Below, piece after piece: positions 19,801 through 27,414 of a DNA stretch of 64,000 nt (its first letter is position 1; each line of letters opens with the position of its first letter). This DNA comes from a bacterium. GTDB taxonomy: Bacteria; SAR324; NAC60-12. The position numbers and the translations under genes are program-made. Below the pieces are notes generated by a model. The model saw only the letters and a program-made list of their open reading frames with translations, had not been told where the DNA came from and searched no databases. Where the stretch lies: the NCBI GenBank assembly GCA_965233585.1, contig CBDDTI010000746.1:480001-544000 (forward strand). The letters run 5' to 3'.

Positions 19801-21349
19801 TGTGAAAGTTTTCAATCAAGGCATCATGCAGCAGGTCAAATAAAATCATGTTCGGAAAGACATGCAAAAATTCTTGCAAAATGTTGGGGTCTTTCACGGT
19901 TTCTAACAAGGTGGGGTTTGAGATTCGTTTGACCTCAATCTTGTCAGAATGCTTTAAATGTGAATAAAGCAAGATCAAATTTTCAACAGCATACTGCTTC
20001 CAATAATTGTAAAGGTATAAAACAATTTCAGAGGTCAGTGTATTGAGTGCAAGGCTGTAATTCTTTTTGGGATTGCCTATAAAAAACTCTGCAAATTTAC
20101 TACGTTGCGAGTCCCGTTGTTCTTCTGTTTCCAGATACTTTTTCAGCTTCTTTTGCAAACTTTCTTCATATTTCATCTCCAAAGGGGCTTGCAACCATTT
20201 TTCAAACGCATCAATTCGGCTTTGATTTAGACGTTCCTTTAAGTTGCCAGAAGGCACAGAGATATTGCTTAACTGAGAATAGCTGTGACTAGACCCACTT
20301 GTGATGCGAAGACGCATATTCACGTAACGTAAAAAACGATAGCCTTCCCCAAAAATATTGAGTAATCCTGTGGGTGTTTTGTCTGTCACGACATTGTCTT
20401 CTTCCCAGATTTTTGACGGATTCAAATAATGGTTGATGCTGTCTCGGTAGTGGTCAAAAAAGAAGTCATGCGTTCTCAAAAGTTTTTTCGCCCCTTCTTC
20501 TATGGATTCTATGGCACTTAAAATAGCAAGCCTTAAGTTTTGAGAGTTGCCAGACTGCCCCGGTGAATAGTCAATCACTCCATCACAATAACCATTGGCA
20601 TATAGTTCATAAGCAGAAGATCCAATGTACTTCGCACATTCTTCCCATGATAAATTGTATTTTTTAGAAATGTTACTTAACCCCTTAGGGTGAATGGTAG
20701 CAAAGACGCCATCACGCACTGAAAGCAAAAGATTACTTGCCGCAAAGGGAATCGCACCCCCACTGTATCCTTGACCCCAAATCACCCCAACTGTCGGCAC
20801 TTGTAAATTTGCCATCTCTGCGATTAAAAAGGAGATGCTATGCGACTGATTTTGCTGATTTGCCAGCTCATCAGCCATGGCACCGGGGGTATCTATGAAC
20901 GACACGACAGGCATACCATGCGAGGCAAAAAAACGTGCCTTCTCTGCCGCCTTCCAGTGTTGCCTTGGTGTCCATGCTCCATTTTGAAACGCACGATTTT
21001 GTGCAATGAAGCCAATCCGTCTGACTTGCGTACCAATCACAAACTCTGTTTCTGCAAAATAAAGCTGTCCATCGCTTTCTTCTTGAATCATCTTGCCTCC
21101 AAGCGAACAAATCGCCTCTTTGGCATTCAGACGATTCGCATGTTCTGACGGGGCAATCGTCGCTTGAATGTAGGCATCTATGTCCAACTTTCTGATTTGG
21201 TCTATTTTCTCTTGCACTTCTTCGTCAGAAATGACGCCTTTGAGCAAGTTTTGTGTCAGGTAGTCAGGTCTCTTTGCCGCATTGACTGCAAGGTTATGAC
21301 AGATGAGTTCGGTTTGGACAAATAAAGGTCGTGGGGTGTGCTGCGCCAT
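16829..21349 (-). CDS. Single-chain acetyl/acyl-CoA carboxylase (CT-alpha, CT-beta, biotin carboxylase, BCCP)
   Basis: FIDTPGA/GYSGGA (AccA-like); SSGGMQTKEG/MGGAQAS (AccD-like); HPGIGFLSE, GGGGKG, EMNTRLQVEHPVTE (BC); ESMKV biotinylation site; ATG 21349 chosen because the longer ORF start lies in a repeat. Confidence 0.9.
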   Translation of the reverse strand: MAQHTPRPLFVQTELICHNLAVNAAKRPDYLTQNLLKGVISDEEVQEKIDQIRKLDIDAYIQATIAPSEHANRLNAKEAICSLGGKMIQEESDGQLYFAETEFVIGTQVRRIGFIAQNRAFQNGAWTPRQHWKAAEKARFFASHGMPVVSFIDTPGAMADELANQQNQSHSISFLIAEMANLQVPTVGVIWGQGYSGGAIPFAASNLLLSVRDGVFATIHPKGLSNISKKYNLSWEECAKYIGSSAYELYANGYCDGVIDYSPGQSGNSQNLRLAILSAIESIEEGAKKLLRTHDFFFDHYRDSINHYLNPSKIWEEDNVVTDKTPTGLLNIFGEGYRFLRYVNMRLRITSGSSHSYSQLSNISVPSGNLKERLNQSRIDAFEKWLQAPLEMKYEESLQKKLKKYLETEEQRDSQRSKFAEFFIGNPKKNYSLALNTLTSEIVLYLYNYWKQYAVENLILLYSHLKHSDKIEVKRISNPTLLETVKDPNILQEFLHVFPNMILFDLLHDALIENFHMIAAELCKSNSISQESVGKLFDLALQKAMQKYEQHSIPVDLKTSREDFFIWLANFVSRKNCDAIMQTISGWKQLALPRVNPALFGLARYYFSSLLPSWSVAEGGGTFDGTIAPRNIGINNFWQQLDRAYKDLQIQELLNSYKKQTISPQQIIDYAFKDFKELNENLMTADPVQFPGFRDSIDKSIKNNIPPSGVLTGIATYHDDGFEKEVGVVVSNTLFQVGAFDMASCEKVCMLLAECTQKRLPVIFFISSGGMQTKEGPGSLFSMAIMNDRLTRFIKTNDLPVICFGFRDCMGGAQASFVTHRLAKTYYLSGALISFAGQLVVESHLPMNSILADYLSDNHESMEGLVQNPFDENIGDKLSAIDPEIPLAKLTIHEVISRILQGQYQRLEVNEPKDQVFEENIFFRPIQRILIHARGCTATRLIHAAHDAGKEIVLVQSDADMDSYPTRLLKENDQLVCLGGNTPQESYLNAMSVIRIAEKHGVDALHPGIGFLSESARFAAICRKYELSFIGPTALNMERMGNKTNAISTAKELGIPVVPGSDGALTDPQQALEVAKNIGFPVLIKAAHGGGGKGIQVVEKEESFVSIFRQMSQEAYNAFGNGDLYLEKYIASMRHIEVQILRDSKNTSKSCHIVGIRDCSIQRNYQKLVEESANLHKALQEELASYSTKIANHINYIGVGTVEFIYDLTDEQVYFMEMNTRLQVEHPVTEATAGIDLVQKQIEVSEGKSLASLKTKNEGHAIELRMTAERIDLKSDGTVAFLPDPGKVLKAVFPKSEDVRVFAAIGDDSFVPPYYDSLVAQIIAHGQTRAEAIDKLSKYLKNVKITGISTNLAFMKTLLADEVFHSGTYDTNFIHGFFKRVDFAKLIKKTKRDAGESGSQINRSAITINESNELKVLAAQTATFYRSVNPEDPSLVEADQVVGIKDPLCLLESMKVFSEISLASFNTETEILYPEGEYKVVRIFPENAQTVTSGDLLFIIEPVKST

Positions 21350-21396
21350 AGTGTGTTTTTCTTTAGAATCTTTTGAATGTTGTTGACTCGCCTTTT

Positions 21397-22261
21397 GGTC
21401 ATTGCGGGCTTGACCCGCAATCTTCCTTTTCGTCATTTTGGACTTGTTCTTCTTTTGTCATTGCGGGACCTGACCCGCAATCTCTCTTTTTTAAATGAAC
21501 AAATCAATGTCAAGAGCATGAACAAAAAGATAGCGTCAGATTATAACGAATCTCTTAGCACTTCACAACACTTGACTCCATTCAATCAAACCTTCCTACG
21601 AAGGCAGAAACCCAGTCATGTAGGAATCTGTGCTTGGTTTAAGATAGATTCCGCATCAAGTGCGGAATGACTACGACCGTCATTCCTGCGAAAGCAGGAA
21701 TCCATGCGATGTTGACGATGGATTCCGCATCAAGTGCGGAATGACTGAGAGGTTTTGTAGGCGTGTCTTTTCGTCATTGCTCACCTTGCCCCGCAATCTC
21801 CCTTGTCTTTTTCTCAACAACTCCTTTTTTTGAGATTCCGCATCAAGTGCGGAATGACGGAGAGGTTTTGTAGGCGTGTCTTTTCGTCATTGCTTACCTT
21901 GACCCGCAATCTCCATTTTTTTGAGATTCTGCATCAAGTGCGGAATGACTACGACCGTCATTCCTGCGAAGGCAGGAATCTATCCTCCAACTGCTGATAG
22001 ATTCCGCATCAAGCACTACAATGACGGAAGGAGTTTGCTCACTTTGAAAACCGTCATTGCGGGACCTGACCCGCAATCTCATTCTTCTTAAAACACAGGA
22101 CAAACTTGGGTTTGTCCCTACGTTGTCATTGCGTGCTTGACCCGCAATCTCTCTTGTTTTCTATCCGCGTCATCGCTCACTTTGAAAACTGTCATTGCTG
22201 ACCTTGACCCGCAATCTCATTCTTCTTAAAATACATGACAAACACTTGGGTTTGTCCCTAC
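21397..22261. repeat. REP-like repeat cluster
   Basis: Same palindromic families, including locally duplicated blocks (21651-21800 vs 21834-21990). Confidence 0.88.
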
Positions 22262-22483
22262 TCTGCCACCTGCTTGCTTTTCATCATTTTTCTGTTTTTT
22301 GACTTCCCAATCTGCTTACTTTTCAGATTTTTTTGAAAAATCTTAAAAAATCTTCAAAATTCCTTAATTTTTTTCAAACTACCTTCACACCTTCATCTTT
22401 CCTGACTTCCCAAACGCATTCTTTCTTCAAAACAGCCAAAAAAATTCCTTAAAAACCAAAAAAATTCCCTCAAGTCCTGAGTC

Positions 22484-22520
22484 TTGACTTGGTTTTTTTT
22501 TGTACGTGCATAATGCACGT
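22484..22520 (+). promoter_or_regulatory. Sigma70-like promoter with T9 tract in the spacer and a palindrome over the -10 box
   Basis: TTGACT-19 bp-CATAAT; acgtgca-taa-tgcacgt. Confidence 0.55.
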
Positions 22521-22676
22521 TTTGGTTTTTCGCAAAACTCCCATCTTGAAAATAAATGAAGGTTTCATTTCAAGAGGAGAGTTTTTCGTGTGACAGCACC
22601 CTAAAGGGTGCTGTTGTGTTGTTGGTTTTTAATTTTTTCTCAATCTTGTTCAATTTTGTTTAATAGGTAGGTTTTT

Positions 22677-24554
22677 ATGCAAAAGTTCATCAATCGTTGT
22701 TTTGTTCATTTGGCATCTGTTGTCAAACCTTCTGTTGTCCAGACAGGTGTTTGCCTGCTGTGCATCACGACTCTCTTTGCCTGCAGTAGTGACGATGGTG
22801 GTGTGTCCACGGTGACCGTCACAGAAAAAGTAGTGCCACCAAGCACTCCGAGTGAAGTGAAAACGAGCGAGGTCAAAGCCAGCAGTGTCAAGGTCAGCTG
22901 GTTGCCTTCAGCAGATTCAGATGGTCAAGTGGAAGGTTATGAAGTCTCTTACAAGACAAGTAGCGGGTCATGGACTGGCACACAAACCACCACGCAAACC
23001 AGTCTGATTGTGTCAGGATTACAGCCTGAAACCAGCTACACTTTTCGTGTTCGTGCCAAAGATGATGAGGGAGACTGGAGTCCTTACCAACAAAGCTCTG
23101 CTGTCAAGACTGCACCCAACGCACCAACTTCTCTTGCTATTTCAGGCAGAACGCTCACCTTTGCCACCACTTCAGGCAAGAGTTACGAATGCACCACGCA
23201 TGGCACAAGTGCCACTGCCGCACAAATCACAAACTGCACCAGCCCTTTTCGCTTTGGAGATGATGCCATTGCTAAAGACAACCTTTGCGTTCGTGTCAAA
23301 GCATCTGGCACTCCTGCTTCTGATTGGGCTTGTTACGCACAAGCGATTTTTAAGAAAGTCTTGACTAAACAATGGTCCAAACTGCTTGGCAGTAGCAATT
23401 CAGATTATGGAAGAGGAGTGAGTGTGGATTCAGCAGGCAATGTGTATGTGACAGGAAACTCTCATGGAAATTTTGATGGACATACCAATTCAGGAGGTTA
23501 TGACATGTTTTTAGTGAAGTATGACAGTTCAGGTAATAAGAAGTGGTCTAAACTGCTTGGCAGTAGCGATTCTGATTATGGATATGGAGTGAGTGTGGAT
23601 TCAGCAGGCAATGTTTATGTGACAGGATACTCTTGGGGAAATTTTGATGGACACAGCAGTTCAGGAGGTTATGACATGTTTTTAGTCAAGTATGACAGTT
23701 CAGGTAATAAGAAGTGGTCTAAACTGCTTGGCGGTAGCAATTCAGATTATGGAGAAGGAGTGAGTGTGGATTCTTCAGGCAATGTTTACGTGACAGGAGA
23801 ATCTTTGGGAAATTTTGATGGACACAGCAATTCGGGAAGTTTTGACATGTTTTTAGTGAAGTATGACAGTTCAGGTAATAAGAAGTGGTCTAAATTGCTT
23901 GGTACTAGCAGTTGGGATTTAGGAGAAGGAGTGGTTGTGGATTCTGCAGGCAATGTGTATGTGACAGGATACTCTGGGGGAAATTTTGATGGACACAGCA
24001 ATTCAGGAGGTTGGGACATGTTTTTAGTGAAATATGACCCTTCAGGTAATAAGAAGTGGTCTAAATTGCTTGGCAGTAGCAGAAATGATGAAGGAAGAGG
24101 AGTGAGTGTGGATTCTGCAGGAAATGTTTATGTCACAGGAAGATCTGAAGGAAACTTTGATGGACACAGCAATTCAGGAAGTGATATGTTTTTAGTGAAG
24201 TATGACAGTTCAGGAGTGAAGAAGTGGTCTAAACTGTTTGGCAGTAGCAGTTGGGATTCAGGAAGAGGAGTGAGTGTGGATTCAGCAGGCAATGTGTATG
24301 TGACAGGAATATCTGAAGGAAATTTTGATGGACACAGCTATTCAGGAAGTGATGATATGTTTTTAGTGAAGTATGACAGTTCAGGTAATAAGAAGTGGTC
24401 TAAACTGCTTGGCACTACAGATTATGATAGAGGATATGGAGTGAGTGTGGATTCAGCAGGCAATGTTTACGTCACAGGAAGCTCTTGGGGAAATTTTGAT
24501 GGACATGTCAATTCAGGAGATAGGGACATGTTTTTAATCAAGTTTGGGAGGTAG
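22677..24554 (+). CDS. Surface lipoprotein: FN3 + 4-Cys module + 7 SBBP-like beta-propeller repeats (copy A)
   Basis: LFAC lipobox; FN3 motif GLQPETSYTFRVRAKD; 57-aa repeats VSVDSAGNVYVTG...DMFLVKYDSSG. Confidence 0.9.
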   Translation: MQKFINRCFVHLASVVKPSVVQTGVCLLCITTLFACSSDDGGVSTVTVTEKVVPPSTPSEVKTSEVKASSVKVSWLPSADSDGQVEGYEVSYKTSSGSWTGTQTTTQTSLIVSGLQPETSYTFRVRAKDDEGDWSPYQQSSAVKTAPNAPTSLAISGRTLTFATTSGKSYECTTHGTSATAAQITNCTSPFRFGDDAIAKDNLCVRVKASGTPASDWACYAQAIFKKVLTKQWSKLLGSSNSDYGRGVSVDSAGNVYVTGNSHGNFDGHTNSGGYDMFLVKYDSSGNKKWSKLLGSSDSDYGYGVSVDSAGNVYVTGYSWGNFDGHSSSGGYDMFLVKYDSSGNKKWSKLLGGSNSDYGEGVSVDSSGNVYVTGESLGNFDGHSNSGSFDMFLVKYDSSGNKKWSKLLGTSSWDLGEGVVVDSAGNVYVTGYSGGNFDGHSNSGGWDMFLVKYDPSGNKKWSKLLGSSRNDEGRGVSVDSAGNVYVTGRSEGNFDGHSNSGSDMFLVKYDSSGVKKWSKLFGSSSWDSGRGVSVDSAGNVYVTGISEGNFDGHSYSGSDDMFLVKYDSSGNKKWSKLLGTTDYDRGYGVSVDSAGNVYVTGSSWGNFDGHVNSGDRDMFLIKFGR

Positions 24555-24652
24555 GTTGCCAAGAGAAAGGTTGTAGTGGAGTTGGAAGGAGTGTTTGGAG
24601 TAGTATTTTGTCTTCCAGCAAGTGTTGTCATACTTGCTGTGAAAAGTCATCA

Positions 24653-25097
24653 GTCATTGCGGGACCTGACCCGCAATCTCATTCTTCTTAAAACGCAGGA
24701 CAAACACACGGGTTTGTCCCTACATTGACCTGCGGGACCTAACCCGCAATCTCCTTTTTTTTGAGATTCCGCATCAAGTGCGGAATGACGGTTTGCTCTT
24801 TTTCCTATTCCCTCTTCATTGCTCACTTTAAAAAACCGCCATTGCGGGCGTGTCTTGGTCATTGCTCACCTTGACCCGCAATCTCCTTTTTTTCATTGTG
24901 TTTGCATTCTTTTTTTTGAGATTCAGCGTCAAGCACTCAAGTGAAGTGAGGGTTTGGCTGGGTTGCCTTTGATCATTCTTGCCTCTTTCTTTGTCATTCC
25001 TGCGAAAGCAGGAATCTATCCTCTAAATGCTGATGGATTCCGCATCAAGTGCGGAATGACGGGAGCATTATTGCTCACCTTGAAAAATGTCATTGCT
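24653..25097. repeat. REP-like repeat cluster
   Basis: Same palindromic families. Confidence 0.85.
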
Positions 25098-25209
25098 AAT
25101 AGGATTAGCCAGTGAGTCTTTTAGCAAAGATTTAATTTCAGAAGCAAAAGCCAACCAAATTTATTTGGTACAAGAAAGAGCAGGAGTGATTCAAATCATC
25201 GCTTCTTGA
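25087..25209 (+). pseudogene. C-terminal remnant of the PD-(D/E)XK-like paralog family
   Basis: Translates to IGLASESFSKDLISEAKANQIYLVQERAGVIQIIAS*, aligning with CGLAGEVFYDELISEAEEQDIYLFQEQAGELQVIT of 9106-9726 and 61894-62526. Confidence 0.7.
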
Positions 25210-25290
25210 ATTTCACTATTAGACTCTCCTTTTACTCACACTATCTTTCTGTGTAAAAACCGCCTCTCCTGTTTTTATTTTTTGACAAGA

Positions 25291-25575
25291 TTAAAGATGC
25301 TGTTCGGCAAGGCTGTACCTGTCTTCAGTTTTGACAACAACGTCATCAAGCTCTAGCATCATTAGCTCACTATTTAGTGTTGCAATACAAAGTCCTGTCT
25401 CTTCGCAAATCTCATCAACTTGGGTACTTCCATTTTTTGCAAGGTATTCACAAATGATTTTTTGGTCTTCACTTAAATTTTTATTTTGGAAAGAGTTTTG
25501 GAAGGAACGTTGAGTTCCAGCCGAATGATGAGACTGTTCTTGTGCTTCTAACTCTGCCTTTGCTTCTCTGATTTC
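25291..25575 (-). pseudogene. In-frame continuation of the zorE-like gene encoding a DprA-like winged-helix domain
   Basis: 94 sense codons directly after the TAA at 25576-25578: ...LSEDQKIICEYLAKNGSTQVDEICEETGLCIATLNSELMMLELDDVVVKTEDRYSL. Confidence 0.65.
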
Positions 25576-26454
25576 TTAAATTGCTTGACGTTTTCTTTCT
25601 GTTTCAAAATTTGTTCTTTGGTGGTTTTCAGTGGTGCGAATCACGCCTTGTTGCAGTTGAATTTTTCTGACTGTTTCAATTTGCTGACGAGTTTGGGGGT
25701 TGCCCTTCATATGATGATGATTTGGCTCGTTACTGTGGCATCTGACACAAAGCACATTCAGGTTTTCAGGTCTATTGTCTCCTTTCACTCCGTTTTTATG
25801 ATTGACATGCAATAAATTTTGATGATCCTGTAAATTCACTTTGCACTTTTCACATGTCCAGTTTTTACGTTCCCTCAAATTTTTTGAAATCTCGTTCCAA
25901 TCTTCTGTGTATCCATCCTTAGGCATTTCACGCACTGACTGATAACGTGGCTTGGGTTCGGTAGAAAGTGGTGAACGATCTCCATAATATTCAAAAAACT
26001 TGGGTAAATTCAAATAGTCAATATAGTTATTTTTACGGATTCCTAGCTTTTCTTTTTGATCGTATGGCAACATGTTGATACAGTGCTGACAACACATTAA
26101 TTCCTCAAAATCTCCATCTTTCATCTCAAATCGTCCATCTGTTCTATCTGTGATGGTGTAGCGGTCATAGCGTCCCCCATTTTTCATTACTTTAATCGTT
26201 TGACACCGATACACATGATATTTAGCATTGGAATTGTAGGGGATATAAAGAATGCAAGGCTTGCCATCTTTGGTCAATAATCGTGTTTCTGGATCAACTT
26301 GAATGTCGTCAAGTGATTGGATTTCAATCGTTCCACCTTGCCATTCAATGCTATCTCTTGGTTTGATTTGTGTTTCAATCTTCCAATGAACCTCGGGGGC
26401 ATTGATGGCACGCACTTGTGCTTCAAGAGCAGAAAAATCAACGTTTAGTTTCAT
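25576..26454 (-). CDS. zorE: Zorya type II HNH nuclease (ZorE-like)
   Basis: CEKC...LHVNHKNGVKGDNRPENLNVLCVRCH HNH motif; lies directly after zorB. Confidence 0.8.
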   Translation of the reverse strand: MKLNVDFSALEAQVRAINAPEVHWKIETQIKPRDSIEWQGGTIEIQSLDDIQVDPETRLLTKDGKPCILYIPYNSNAKYHVYRCQTIKVMKNGGRYDRYTITDRTDGRFEMKDGDFEELMCCQHCINMLPYDQKEKLGIRKNNYIDYLNLPKFFEYYGDRSPLSTEPKPRYQSVREMPKDGYTEDWNEISKNLRERKNWTCEKCKVNLQDHQNLLHVNHKNGVKGDNRPENLNVLCVRCHSNEPNHHHMKGNPQTRQQIETVRKIQLQQGVIRTTENHQRTNFETERKRQAI

Positions 26455-26463
26455 GGCTTTGCT

Positions 26464-27147
26464 TCATCTGATGGTTTGGAGAATATTGACGATTTGTTTT
26501 TTAGTGTGGGTCATCACACGGAACTCCACACGTCTGGATTTTTCTCGGTCTTCTTGTCCTTGAGTGTTTTGAATGATTCGTGAAGAAGACAGCCCACTGG
26601 CAGTGATTTTCTGTTTAATCGGGTGTTTGTAAAGATTGACCTGTTGTTGAGACATGACATATTCCCAGACTGCTTGTGTGCGGTCTTGGGAAAGGTTCAT
26701 GTTTTTAAAGTAGGCTTCTTCTGTCTGGCTTCCTTTCCATTCGCTAGAAGTATGCCCTTCTATTCTGACTTCCTCAATGTTTTCAATAAAAGGAGCCAGT
26801 GTTTTGAGGTATCTGGGAAAGAAGTCATTGAGAATCATTTGAAATTGGGGTTTGAGTTCAGCAGACATGGGAGCAAATAAAATCTCTGGAGATTTAAACC
26901 GAAAAATTAAATTGGTCTGGTCAATTTCTGCTTTCCACACAGGCAGGTCTTTTTCAAACTCTTCTTGCAATGCGTGGTAAATTTGATTTTCTGTTTCTTT
27001 CCATGCCACTACAATTTGCTTGATCTGTGATTTTTCTTTGGCAATATTTTGCATGTAAATCACAGCAATAAACAAAAACACCAACATTAAACCAGACATC
27101 AGGTCTGATATGGAAATCCAAGAGTTCTCTTCTTTTTTCTCGAACAT
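26464..27147 (-). CDS. zorB: Zorya ZorB (MotB/OmpA-like)
   Basis: WISISDLMSGLMLVFLFI TM with conserved Asp; IEGHTS, NMNLSQDR, SRRVEF. Confidence 0.88.
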   Translation of the reverse strand: MFEKKEENSWISISDLMSGLMLVFLFIAVIYMQNIAKEKSQIKQIVVAWKETENQIYHALQEEFEKDLPVWKAEIDQTNLIFRFKSPEILFAPMSAELKPQFQMILNDFFPRYLKTLAPFIENIEEVRIEGHTSSEWKGSQTEEAYFKNMNLSQDRTQAVWEYVMSQQQVNLYKHPIKQKITASGLSSSRIIQNTQGQEDREKSRRVEFRVMTHTKKQIVNILQTIR

Positions 27148-27414
27148 ACTGAATGAATAGATTGAATTGATTTGGTAGATTGATTTAGCCCAAGTTGCTG
27201 GTCATTATTTTAAGGTAAAACGCATGTGTCAATTCAATACTCGGCTTCTTGTCACTCGGAGCGTAGGCAGGAATCCATACCCTGACTGACGTTGGATTCC
27301 GCATCAAGTGCGGAATGACTAGGGGGGTATAAAGAATGACAGGAGAGTTTGAGATAGTCGAATGTGTCCTTTTGATGACTAGCAACTTAGGTTTATTTAG
27401 TGACTGGAATAGAC

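Noticed and set aside
21350..21436. N-terminal extension of the carboxylase ORF
   Set aside because: It is translated REP sequence (IAGQARND); ATG 21349 is more plausible.
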